The translations under genes were made by a program, and so were the position numbers. 64,000 bases of DNA, taken from NCBI RefSeq assembly GCF_009914755.1, contig NC_060926.1; one strand, given 5' to 3'. Shown here piece after piece: positions 29,787 to 46,710 of this stretch (positions are counted from its first letter, which is position 1; each line of letters begins with the position of its first letter). The stretch comes from the human T2T-CHM13v2.0 reference genome, Homo sapiens. The notes beneath the pieces were generated by a model that saw only the letters and a list, made by a program, of their open reading frames with translations, had not been told where the DNA came from and did no database searches.

Positions 29787-30480
29787 ATGCAACGAACCTT
29801 CTATGTTTGTGGCCAGTTAGCTTGCCAATGCCTCCCTACTAACTGTATTGGAATTTATACCATAGGCTATGTATTCCTGCATATCTTCACAGCCCCTGGC
29901 AATCTCTCTCTTTCAGTACCAATCTATAGGCATTCCATTTTGCCCACGGTAAGGAGGGCTATCCAGTTAATTCCCCTTCTCATGGGACTTGGCATTATAG
30001 CTGGTACAGAACCTGGAATTGCAGGAATTACAAAAGCCTTCTTGACCTATAGCCAACTCTCAAAGAAATTAGCCAACAACACTGACACCATGGCTAAAAC
30101 TTTAGTAACTGTTCAAGAACAAATTAGCTATTTAGCAACCATGGCCTTCCAAAATTGTTGAGGACTAGATATGTTAATGGCAGCACATGAAGGAATTTGT
30201 TTAGCCTTAGATGAAGAATGTTGCTTTTAGGTAAATCAATCAGCAGATGCACACGACAACATCAAACAACTCCTAAATGAAGCCTCTTTATGGGGACAAG
30301 CCTCTTAGTGTTGGTCAAATTGGGAAAGAACCTGGAAATGGTTCTCCCAGTTTCTTCTCTTTTTAGGCCTACTTGTTACTCTCTTATTCTTGCTCCTTTT
30401 TGGTCCGTGTCTTCTAAATCTAATAATGTGATTTGTCTCTTCGCATCTTTAGGCCATCAAGCTCCAGATAATCCTCAGTG
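29787..30480 (+). pseudogene. env pseudogene, syncytin-2 (ERVFRD-1)-like SU C-terminus plus TM
   Basis: VRRAIQLIPLLMGLGIIAGT.GIAGITKA.LTYSQLSK; ISD QNC*GLDML; CX6CC motif ICLALDEECC; stops at 30159 and 30228. Confidence 0.88.
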
Positions 30481-30754
30481 AGGGATACTGGCCTCTCAAT
30501 ATTTAAGAGCCACCCTTCTATAGAGGACCCCTAGAATACCCAGCAGTGGGACACAACAGAGGTGAAATTCTGCCCCTGTCTCCCTTGAACCTGGCTGAAT
30601 ACCGCTTTCACCAACTCACAGAGCCACACTGCCCTGACAGCTAGCAAGAGGTCAAGACCCATGGAACAACTGCCACTGCCCCTTTGTCAGCAGGAAGCAG
30701 TTACAGAAGACTGATCTCTGTCTATTTTCCCAAATAATTGGGTCACAGACTCTT

Positions 30755-30765
30755 GAGGGGGGAAA
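30755..30765 (+). promoter_or_regulatory. Polypurine tract
   Basis: G-rich purine run ending in aaa immediately before the 3' LTR TG. Confidence 0.8.
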
Positions 30766-31420
30766 TGTTAGGTAGCTAGGCAGGCATGCAAGGGCAGGAG
30801 AGTGCCCCCATACTGAGGAATGTCAGGTGCCCATCAGGTGATTGTTAAAGTCGCTCTTTAAAATAATAATTGGTTGTAGCCCATACCAGGGAAAGGCAGT
30901 CTCAGATAGATAGAAAGCATCTGAACCTGGTAATCAGCAGATTTCTGATACGATTTCAGGAGTTAGGCAAGTAGGCTCAACCATGGATACTAAGAGGAAA
31001 AATGGTGGAATTTAATTGATGTATGACCTTCCTCTAAAAACACTCAACTGGTAAGGGAAAAACACCTCAAATGAGCACGCACACAACTTCAGTAAACACA
31101 GTGCATGTGGCCCTTCCCAAGAGCTGGCAGATTACTGTGCTTGTAGACAGCCTGCCTCAAGGAAACATCAAGGGAGGAGAAATGCAAATCTCCCAAGCAT
31201 GCCAGTGTGTAAGTACCCCAAGTCAAAGTGTAGATGAAGCACTTGGAGCTCTCAAGTTGCCTGGTTTTCCCTCCTCCAAGTGTACTTTACTTCTTTTCAT
31301 TCCTGCTCTAAAAGTTGCCTTGATCTCTCCCTCTGCCCTATGCCCCTCAGCCAAATTCTTTCCTTCAAGGAGGCAAGTACCAAGTTTGCTGCAAACCCGT
31401 TGGATTTGCCGCGGCTAACG
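30766..31420 (+). mobile_element. MER50 3' LTR
   Basis: Colinear with 25852-26558. Confidence 0.88.
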
Positions 31421-31560
31421 GAATTTTTTTCAAGTTCATAAAAAAGAGATTAAAATACGTTTTTATTAGAGACAATATAAATTTATCTACTTTAAAGGTT
31501 AAAGTTTGTTTCAAAATGAAGGAAAAATTATATATATGTTATGTATAACTAAATGAATTT

Positions 31561-31668
31561 AGGCTCAGCATGGTGATACACACCAGTAATCTGAGCACTT
31601 TGGGAGGTGGAGTCAGGTGGATCACTGGAGCCCAGGAGTTTGATGCCAGCCTGGACAACACATGAGAT
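31561..31668 (+). mobile_element. Alu left monomer (FLAM/AluJ-like)
   Basis: gtaatctgagcactttgggagg...cccaggagtttga. Confidence 0.8.
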
Positions 31669-32218
31669 GAAAGAGAAAAAGAAAGAAAGAAAGAGAGAAA
31701 GAGAGAGAGAGAAAGAAGGAAGGAAGGACGGAAGGAAGGAAGGAAGGAAGGAAGGAAGGAAGGAAGGAAGGAAGGAAGGAAGGGAGGGAGGGAGGGAGGG
31801 AGGGAGGGAGGGAGGGCAGGGGAGGGGAGGGGAGGGAAGGGGAAGGGAAGGAGGGAGGGAGGGAGGGAGGGAAGGAAGGAGAGGGAAGGAGGGAGGAAGG
31901 AAGGAGAGAGAGAAGGAAAGAAGGAAGGAAGGAAGAAGAGAGGGAGGGAGGGAAGAAGGAAGGAGAAAGAGAAGGAAGGAAGGGAGGGAGGGAAGGAAGG
32001 AAGAAGAGGGAGGGAGGAAGGAAGAAGAGAGAGTAGGAAGGGAGGAAGAGAGGGAGGGAAGGGAGGGAGGGAAGGAAGGAAGAAGAGAGGGAGGGAGGGA
32101 GGAAGGAAGGAGAGAGAGAAGGAAGGAAGGAAGGGTGAGAAGGGAGGGGAGGAAGGAAGAAGAGAGAGAAGGAAGGGAGGGAGGGAAGGAAGGAAGGAAG
32201 GAAGGAAGAGAGGGAGGG
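31669..32218. repeat. Polypurine (GAAA/GGAA/GGGA) tract
   Basis: About 550 bp almost purely G/A on the + strand. Confidence 0.95.
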
Positions 32219-34487
32219 CATAAATTGATCTGATATGTTGGAGGGAGACAAAAATACAAAAGTTTTGTAAGAGGTTATAAAAGGTTTGTGGAAATCTTAT
32301 GTGGTCAAAGTTCATTGAGATTAGATGCATTTGTTTGTAAGATTTTATTAAAATTAGCCTTAGTACTGATAACACACTAATATAAAATGAAATTCAGCTT
32401 TCTCCTTTGAACAATAATTTCATGTACTATTAATAAGTGATAGTAAAAGATTTGCAGGTTTTTGTCAGTAAACTGACAAAAATAATGGAGGGAGAGATAG
32501 ATTCTGTTGGGCTCATACTATTTCATTGGATCTTTTGATTTTGGGGGAACAGTCTCCTCTCTAAAAGAGTACAGGATTTTTCTTTTTAAAATATTTGAAA
32601 TATCACTTTGGCTAAATGAATTGACCTGTGGTTCTATTTTGATATTAAACATTTTAAATTTTTGATATTTCACATACTTCCCCAAATCAAATTTCAAATT
32701 CTAAAGTTAAGTTTATATTTAAATGTGACATTAATATGTGCATCAAAATTGTATGATATTCCTAAATTCTCATATGTTTTGGTATATATTATCAGTCATA
32801 ATTATGATTGTTATGTTAAATTGTTGTATGCCACATAAATAACCAAATTTTCTTGTCAATTGTATCTTTAGCCATGGCTATCTTAAATCTTTTGTCATCC
32901 CCAGACAAACATTGATTTACTCTGATTTTTCTCAAAAAGTGGTTTGCAATTGGCTACAGTCCAAATTTTGCCTTTTTAAGATAGAAATTTATTTAAAAAG
33001 ACATTGCCAAGTACTCTTAAATACAAAATATCAAACAATTGAACTGTTTAAAAAGTTTCATGATTTAATTAAATAGCTAATGCATTCATAAGAATTAGTA
33101 ACCCAACATCAAACAGAATAATTAATTACATGTAATTGAACTAATAGTAGACTAAAATAATGTTTATGACTTTTTTTTTTAAAGTGGTGATTCTTTTTAT
33201 ATTATGTTTTCCAGAGCCAAGAAAACTTTATTCTTTTGATCTATAGCTCACAGAAATTGGGTAAAGCACACATTTGTGAGGAAAATTAAAACGTTTGCTT
33301 TTCTCTTCAACTGACTTCTCCAGAATTTTGGGACTGTTTGTGAGTATTCTTGATTTATGGAAATATAGTCATTTGTATAAATTCAATAAGAACATGTTTT
33401 CTTTTGCAACAGCACACACTTGAAGACACTAGTTTTTTTTGTTTGTTTGTTTGTTTGTTTTGTTTTATTTACCAAGGCTTTGACTGGAATGGTGTATTTT
33501 AAGATCTGACTACACTACTTTGAGGAATTACAGTTGACCTTATGGAGCTGATAAAAAAAGCCCTTTGGAAAGACTGGCCTGGTACCTTGTTTACATAGTT
33601 CTCTTAAAGGTTCCTGACTTTGTGGTAAGTAAAGAATGTCACTTTCTGACAGGCCCAGGAACCTCAAGATATTTTGGGATAGCAAAGTAAGATCATTTCA
33701 CCCAGTTTGTATAGGCCCAGTCTCATTGTGAATCATTGTCTTTGGTTCTTGAGCTAGAAAGGCTTTTAAAAGTCTAATAAGTGATACCTTATGAAAAATT
33801 TTCCATGAAAGCCAATTTTAAAATTCCTATATGGCCATTCACTATTTCTGTTGCACTTTATGCAAATAATCATGCCAAGTATAACACCAAAACTTGCTTT
33901 GCAAGTAAATTGGTCTCACTAAGATTTATATTTGGTAAAAATTGGGGACTAAAGAGGGAAATATTTTGCTTCAGAGGAAAACTATAAGATATCTGTTATT
34001 AGATTCCAGCCCTAACCATTGTTTTTGAGTTTTTATTAGTTTCCTAGTTAGAATCTGAACTGTGGATTGTAGAATCTGAACTCTGGAGTGATGTGAGATT
34101 TTGCCCTAAATACTTGATTTCTTTTGCAATGCTTTCTATGAAAAATTTTAAGAAAAGGAGAAAATGTAAAAGAAAATTGTAGGACTCTTTAAATGTATTA
34201 TAACAAAGAGAAGTTAAGCCATAGAGACTGAGTCACATAGCATGTTTGCAATTGTGCTTCTTAGATTATAGGTTAACTCTCTTCCTCAGTTCTTATTCTG
34301 TAAATGAGTAGGACAGACCAAAGACCAGACCTCCCCATCTTTTTAATCACTGATCTTTGTTATAGATTAACTGCCTCCTTCATTGTCCTCTACATAACTC
34401 AGACCAAATGGCATCCAAGACCCTGTGAAGGTTATATCTTCATTGTGGAATGTTAAATATACCCTTCCAAAAGAAAAAAAAGCACCT

Positions 34488-34950
<463 letters not shown>

Positions 34951-35254
34951 TTAAATTTCGAAAAGACCAACTAATCAAATTATTGTAACTAGGCATTAAG
35001 CATTAAATAGAAAGATATTGAACATCTTTTAAACTTCCCTAAACTTCATCTTTATAACTGAATCCAATCTTCTACAGTTCAGAACACTGACTTCCATTCT
35101 TTGGAATCTTACCTTCCCGGGCAGCCTGCCCTTACATTTTGTGCTTGAATAAACTCTCTTTAAACTAGATACTGACCTTTTAGATTATTTTTGGTTGACA
35201 AGACAAAGAAATTAAAATGAACTTTTCAATTGCACTTTAAAGTTTATCAAGATT

Positions 35255-35430
35255 CTAAGCCTATGTATTTATTTAATCCTCACAACAAGTCTGTAAGTAT
35301 AGTTACCAACCTTATTTTAGAGATGAGAAACTGAATCTTCAAGAATTTAATTAATTTTTCTAAGCTAATACAGTTAGCAAATAATGAAAGCAGGACTGAT
35401 TTGGGGTCTCTTAATGCCTAAACCAGCCCT
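35255..35430 (-). mobile_element. MIR fragment
   Basis: atttaatcctcacaacaa...attttagagatgagaaactga core. Confidence 0.65.
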
Positions 35431-35443
35431 CTTTTCATTACAA

Positions 35444-36034
35444 CGGCATTTTCCAATGTGTGTTCTCTGGAACTGTATTGTGAACAGAGTGAAAAAGAGA
35501 CCCTGTGCTAAATTAAGTTCTACAAATGTTGAAATAAAGAAAATTTTCTATATTTTCTAACTAGACAACTCCTCATAATTTGTAATATGCTATCAAATAA
35601 TTTGAATCAATTTTATTTTTTATTTTTCTTAATTTTTATTTATTTTATTATTATTATTATTGTTATTTTGAGATGGAGTTTAGCTCTTGTTGCCCAGGCT
35701 GGAGTGCAATGGCATGATCTCAGCTGACCTCAACCTGCGATTCCCGGGTACAAGCAATTCTGCCTCAGCCTCCCGAGTATCTAGGATTACAGGTGCCCAC
35801 CACCACACCTGGCTAATTTTGTATTTTTAGTAGAGACAGGGTTTCTCCATGTTGGTCAGGCTGATCTCGAACTCCAGACCTCAGGTGATCCACCCACTTC
35901 AGCCTCCCAAAGTGCTGGGATTACAGGCGTGAGCCACTGTGCCCGGCAAATCAATTTTATTTAAGTTTAGGTTTGTTTTATGGCAGAGTGAACCCTGAAA
36001 CTAAAGTTCCTTAGAAATTTCTCTGGGAAATGCT
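35444..36034. mobile_element. Non-autonomous hAT-like DNA transposon, interrupted by an Alu
   Basis: Imperfect terminal inverted repeats cggcattttcca / tgggaaatgctg. Confidence 0.4.
35619..35946 (-). mobile_element. AluSp-like
   Basis: gctcttgttgcccagg and tttctccatgttggtcagg diagnostics; TSD aatcaattttattt. Confidence 0.93.
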
Positions 36035-37202
36035 GGACTTTGTGATTCTACACTCCAGAGTTCAGATTCTAACTATCAGTGAAAGAATATCACTGAGTCT
36101 GCTTGGAATATGGATTAAAAAAAATACCCCTACTTGGGAGAGTCATTGAGAGCCTATGGTGGATAAATAAAAATGATGTTTTAATTAATATCAACTATTA
36201 GAGAAAACTGGTAATCAACAGGTTAAAGATCTATCTGCCCCTTTGCCTTGTGTAGATACAAATGAAATATGCAAAATATTTTCTAAAATAGCATATGATA
36301 CTAAAATAGCCTAAACTTCAGATGCCATTTTGCGAGCCCAAAATGCTGCGGTGATTTGGGGTAAGCATGGACAGATTTTCAACATTGGACATTTAGAGCA
36401 ATTTCTTCTCCAAGTTGGTTTTATTATACCTGATTTTTAAAAAAGGAATTGCTCTCTTATTTCAGACTACACTCATATTCTTGAGCTTCCAAAAGTTCTC
36501 TTTTTTATTTAAAATGAAAACAATTACTGCAGTGTATTATGCTGAATTACATCTAAAAATCCAAACCATTTCTGCAGCAAATTCTATTTAACTGTCCTAA
36601 TATCCTCTTTTAATATGGGTTTCACTAGAGAGATAAAAAATTAAATGTTTGCCAGAGTGATGCATTAATAACTCAAAACCCTTAATTATAGCAGTGCCCA
36701 ATTTAATTAAACCCTACATTACAAACTGTCGGCCTCCATATCATGGACCCCAAGTTGAATGGTTTATTGCTGAGCTATTAAAAAAAGTTATTTCATATTT
36801 CAGAATATGATACAAGTTCTTCACTTATGAAAGAATAATCTTTGTTTTGAACTGGAAAAAAATACTGTATACAAACCCAACATTGACAGTGTAGGCATAG
36901 CTTTTATTTCATTAAAAATATTCCTGCACACTTCTTTGATCATTTCTGCTACCCTAAATTAGTAACTGTTTTAGAAATGAAACAAAAGAAACCAGAAAGG
37001 CAGATGAATAAGGTGTCTCATGTAAATTTTCTTGACATAAAAATAAAGAACCTCACTAAAATTTTAAGAACTAAATGAATAGTAATCTGTGTTTTCAAAT
37101 ACTACTTATTTTTAAAGTGATATTGCTTCTCTGAAAAAGCTCTTAAACTCTACGCTTTTTTCTCCCCTATCACATGATCATTATGGGTCTCAGGATTAGA
37201 AT

Positions 37203-37360
37203 AATGGATTACAAACTTGAGCATGAATGAGAATCAACTGGAGGGCTTGTTAAAAACAGATTTCTGGGCCGCTTTCACATAGTTTCTGATGCAGTAGACT
37301 GGGAAAGGTTCGGGAATTTTATTTCCTACAAGTTTCAAGGTAATACGGATTCTCCTGGTC
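37203..37360. mobile_element. MER5A-like DNA transposon
   Basis: gaatcaactggagggcttgttaaaaacagatttctgggcc. Confidence 0.6.
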
Positions 37361-37369
37361 CTTTTTTAT

Positions 37370-41780
<4,411 letters not shown>

Positions 41781-41930
41781 GGGGGTGGAAAAATGAAAGA
41801 GGGGAAGTGAGTAAAAGAAAGAAAGATGGTGAGGAGAGTAAGAGGGAGAGAAAAAAAGTGGCTACAGGATGCCAAGAATGAGAGTGAAACCACTTTATCT
41901 GTGCCTCAGAGGATACTTTTACCCTCAATA

Positions 41931-42266
41931 CAGGTGTCCCTCAATATCTGGGTGATGGGCTCCAGGACCCCTGAAGCCATCAAAATTTACTTAGGCTTAA
42001 GTCCCTGATATAAAATGCTGTAGTGTTTTCATGTAATCTACACATATCTTCCCTTCTATTTTTTCATCTTTACTTATTATACCTAATAGCATATAAATAC
42101 TATGTGAATAGTTGTTATACTATGTTGTTTAGAAAATAATGACAAGAAGAAAAGTCTGTACATGTTCAGTAGAGATATACCCATCTGTTTTCTTTTTAAA
42201 AATATTTTCAATCTGCGGTTAGTGGAATCTAGGGATGTAGAGACCATGAGTATGTAGGAACCACTG
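41931..42266. mobile_element. MER2 (Tigger-derived) DNA transposon
   Basis: cag...ctg termini with TA on both sides; ccctgatataaaatg core. Confidence 0.75.
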
Positions 42267-43789
42267 TATTAGCTTTTCGCCATATACCACTAATCTCCAT
42301 ATCACCGTAGCTAGTTACACCTCCTAGGAGACAAAGGAAAACCTGAGTGAAGGCTTTTGGTATTGCCATCTTCAGTATGCTAATCTAATCTATCTCCTAG
42401 ATTTCTATGTATCTCAAAAGCTACAATACTACATCATATAAATTCCTATGCTTTAGACATCCTGTGGTTTCTGGAACATTTAAAGTATTGAAGGATCCAG
42501 AAACATTATATCAAAAAACTTAGATAGCATCCATTTTATGTATTAAAAGGGAAAGAAAGTCATCTGTTTTTCTTTTATATGCTTGTCACAAGAGCCCGCA
42601 CTAGCTCCAAACAAGATATAAAAAATGCCAACAGAATACTTCTCCTTTGAGATAGAGAGAGCTTTTATAAAGGGAGAAAAAGTCAGCTGAGTACTCTTCA
42701 GTTCTTTAGGGGTTGTGTCAGGGGGTGTCAGGGGTGGGAGAAGGTCCACTTGACTGAGGAATTTAGAGAGGAAAAATAGTGTTAATTTAAATTTCTTCTT
42801 TCTCCTCAGTAAAGTTTACTCTAATACTGTTAAGTATCTCTAGAGCAATATTAAGAATCTCTCAAATGAATTCACTGAGATGTGACAAATAATTGCCAGT
42901 GATGTGTTATATTTTTCTGAATATTTTATATATTCATTACTTACTTTAAATTGTGTTTATTCTCTTCAATTACAGATTTTCAGTGTGGTTGTAAATTGTA
43001 TGTACAAGTTCAAGAAAGAATTGGACACTTTCTATATGCAGAACTCTCTGCCAAGCTTTGTGCTAGATAAAAAATGAAGGAAAAATGACAAAAAGTGTCT
43101 ACTCAGAAGGCACTAGAAAAGAACAACTGTGGCTGCAATGGTTTCTATTTAGCATGGTAACAAAGTAATTACAATTCTTCCTTTATATTTGCATCCTCTA
43201 CACTGTTTGCATATACTTGGTCCTCAAAAATATTCATTGAATGCTTAAACTTTTTATAGCTTTACAGTTTTAAAAAATGCATATATTTATGAGCGTCCTA
43301 TTTAGGTGGACTAATTCTAAGGGGAACATAAAGGAGAGAGCTCTGTGTTCCAAAAATAACTGAAAAAAATACTTCTGCAATTATTTAATTCCATAAAATA
43401 AAAAATACAAAAAATTCATGCATTTTCATCTCAAGGAAAGATGGATATCCGTACAGAATTTTTACAGATGCACACAATGAAGAATAAATATTATTTATTA
43501 CTCACATTTTCTGAAACTGTGTTTGATAGTAATACTCTGCCTCCCCTTCTTCAAAATTTATTCTGCTGCTTTTGTATTTTATGTGTATTTAATCATTTCA
43601 ATTAAATTGGAGATCACTGAGGTTTTAAAATTAGATCTGCTTTTATATAAAGATCTTTCAAAGCTCTTAGTAGAATTGAAATATGGAGTAGTAAGAAAAT
43701 GTGGTTTGAAGTGGGTTTATTTTTCTGTTTCTTTATAATCACGCATTTTAATAATTTTTTAATGTCAAAAATGTATGTCTCACCATCTT

Positions 43790-45970
43790 CTAATGTAATC
43801 ATCTATATACCTAGAAAAATGAGTACAAGATCTACATGAGGAAAACTACAAAACTTTGAAGAAAAAATATCAAAAAACTAAGTGGAGATATTCTATATTC
43901 ATATGTAGAAAGACTGAATGTTGTCAAGATGTTAGTTCTTTTCAATTTGATCTACAGAATTAATGCAATCCCAGTAAAAATACCAGTGAATTACTTTGTG
44001 GATATCAATAAACTGATTCTGAAGTTTGTAAGGAGAGGCAGAAGATCAGAATAGCCAATGCAATACCTAAGGAGAAAAACAAAGTTGGAAGACTTATACT
44101 ACCCAACTTTAAGACTTACTATACAGCTATAGTAATCAAGCTAATGTGTTATTGGTAAAAGAATCATCACATAGATTAATGGACTAGAATAAAAATCTTC
44201 AAAATAGATCAACATATAGTCAACTGATCTTTGACAGAGGAGTATGTGTAATACAATGAAGAAAAGATGGTCTTTTTCAATAAATGATGTTGGAACAACT
44301 GTCATCCTACATGTAACAAAAATGAATCTAAATAGATTTTATACTCTTCAAAAAATTTAACAACAACAACAAAAAATGGATCACAGACCTAAACATAAAA
44401 CACAGACCTACCAAACTCCTGGACCATAATGTAGGAGAAAATCTTGGGTTTGGTGATAGCTATTTTTTTTTGAGGGGGCAGGGGGTGGGGGGTGGGATGG
44501 AGTCTCGTTCTGTCACCCAGGCTGGAGTGCAGTGGCATGATCTCAGCTCACTGCAGCCTCTGCCACCCGGGTTCAAGTGATTCTTCTGCCTCAGCCTCCT
44601 GAGTAGCTGGGATTACAGGCACACACCACCATACTCGGCTAATTTTTGTATTTTTAGTAGAGACGGGGTTTCACCATGTTGGTCAGGCTGGGTCTCGAAC
44701 TCCTGACCTCGCGATCCACCCACCTTGCCCTCCCGAAGTGCTGGGATTACAGGCATGAGCCACTGTGCCCGGACAGCTTTTTAGATATACCACTAAAGGC
44801 TCAATCTGTTAAAAAAAATTAATAAATTGGACATAATTCAAATATAAAATTTCTGCTCAGTGAATGACACTGTCAAAAGGACAAGAAGACAAGGCATAGC
44901 CTGGGAGAAAATAATATTTGCGAAAGACACATCTGATAAAGGCTGTTATTTAAAATACCCAAAGAAAACTTAAAATTCAACAATTAAAAAAATGAACAAC
45001 TCAGTTACAAAATGAAGCAAGGATCTTAACAAACACCTCATCAAAGAAGATATTTCGATGGCAAATACGCATATGAAAAGATTTCCACATCATATGACAT
45101 TAGAGAAATGAAAGTTAAAATAACAATAGCAGATATTACTACAACTCTATTAGAATGGCCAAAATCCAGAACACTGAGAACACCAAATGCTGGTAAGGAT
45201 GGGCAGCAACAGGAACTCTCATTCAGTGCTGGTGGAAGTGCAAAATGGTCCAACCAGTTTGGGAGAAATTTGGTTGCTTCTTACAAACTAAATATACTGG
45301 TACCTTACAATCCAAAAATTATGCCCTTTATATTTACCAAAAGAAGTAAAAAAATTATGTCCATGTAAAAATCTGCACTCTGATGATTACAGTGCCTTAA
45401 TTTGTAATTGTCAAAACTAAGAAACAATCAGGATTTCCTTCATCAGGTTAATGGATAAACTGTGTTACATGCAGACAATGGCACATTAATTAGTGCCAAA
45501 GAGATATGAGCTATAAAGCCATGAAAGTGTTCTTTAATGCATATTACTGAGTGAAAGAAACCAGCCTGAACAGATTGCATATCGTTTAATTCCCAATATA
45601 AGGGAGATATTCTGGGAAAGCAAAACTATGAAGACAGTAAAAAGATCAATGATTGATAAGAATTGGGGAGGAAGGAATGAATATGTGTGGCATACAGGAT
45701 TGTTAGGGTAATGACACTACTCTGTATGATACTATTATGATGGATTCATGTCACTGGAATGTATAACACAAAGAGTGAACTCTAATGTAAAATACAGACT
45801 GGTTGATAATGATATATCAATGTAGGCTTCATCAAGTATAATGAAGGTAAAATGGTGGTGGGGCATATTGATATTGGGGGAGAATATGCTTGTGGGAGGC
45901 TGGGGGTATATGGGAAATCTCTGTACCTTCTAGTCAGTTTTGTGGTGAATCTTAACTCCTATGAAACATA
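43790..45970 (+). mobile_element. L1MC-like ORF2 3' end plus 3' UTR
   Basis: Degenerate ORF2 and an L1MC-type terminus (ggtatatgggaaatctctgtacc). Confidence 0.8.
44463..44772 (-). mobile_element. AluS
   Basis: Antisense Alu; TSD resembling atagct/acagct plus T run. Confidence 0.93.
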
Positions 45971-45995
45971 GTCTGCATGTATACATGTATTTTTG

Positions 45996-46027
<32 letters not shown>

Positions 46028-46033
46028 CATCCA
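45996..46033. repeat. (TCTA)n(TCCA)n tetranucleotide repeat
   Basis: Visible directly. Confidence 0.9.
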
Positions 46034-46149
46034 TTATGATTTCAATAGTTATAGTATTCTATTGTATGACTGGAGCCTAATAGACTTAATCCTAACCTAT
46101 ATTGTATTACTGACTTGCGCTGTTTCAAAACTTTCAAGATAAAAATTTA

Positions 46150-46710
46150 GTAACAGGAAAGAAAGCTTGTTACAGTATAATGGTAACTAATAAATGTAAA
46201 AGAGATGATGAAGTTAGAAACCCAATATTGAGTGCTAAAACTAGTCTCAAGGTGTCTGTCTAAAAATTACTGTTACATTACAAAGGGGAAAAAATACAGT
46301 GAAGAAAATTGGAGAATACCATATTAATTATATCATCAAAACTAATATCACCATGATTGAAGCAAACTCCATGTTCCTGCTAATACAATGCACTGAAATG
46401 GGCACATTGTTTCAGTTGTGTACCTGCCAAGAGTATATACATTGAATCCCTAATGAGTAAACATCCCGCAGAATTAAACAGAGAGACATTCAACAAAATA
46501 ACTCGCCAGTGATGTAAGGTACAGAAACAAACGTAAAAGCTCAGGATTTTCTCTGAATTAAAGTTGACTAAAAACACATGTTAAGTAAATGCAATGTGAA
46601 TCCTGGATGGGAAAAAAAAAACATCAGTCATTAATGGCATTATTAGGCAGTTGAAACAATTCGAGTATGAATATGAGGCAATAGTGTTGTAGTTATATTC
46701 CATCATTTTT
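46150..46710 (+). mobile_element. Ancient L1MC/ME 3' UTR fragment
   Basis: aaatgcaatgtgaatcctggat and gagacattcaacaaaataac motifs. Confidence 0.45.

Larger units (their letters stand above)
25852..31420 (+). mobile_element. MER50 / HERV-FRD-family provirus, internally deleted
   Basis: Two homologous LTRs, PBS, PPT and gag/RT/env remnants; near-TSD ggat/gaat. Confidence 0.9.
31425..34060 (+). mobile_element. AT-rich MER4-group ERV internal sequence (right part)
   Basis: Motifs typical of MER4-group internals, e.g. ttcctgactttgtggtaagtaaagaatgtcactttctgacaggcccaggaacctcaag. Confidence 0.6.

Noticed and set aside
31539-32375. ORFs of 208-278 aa on both strands
   Set aside because: Same artefact from the polypurine tract
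34049-34086. Short direct repeats (tagaatctgaact twice; similar cases near 23400, 41545, 47951)
   Set aside because: Two-copy slippage duplications with no array or spacer structure; not CRISPR-like
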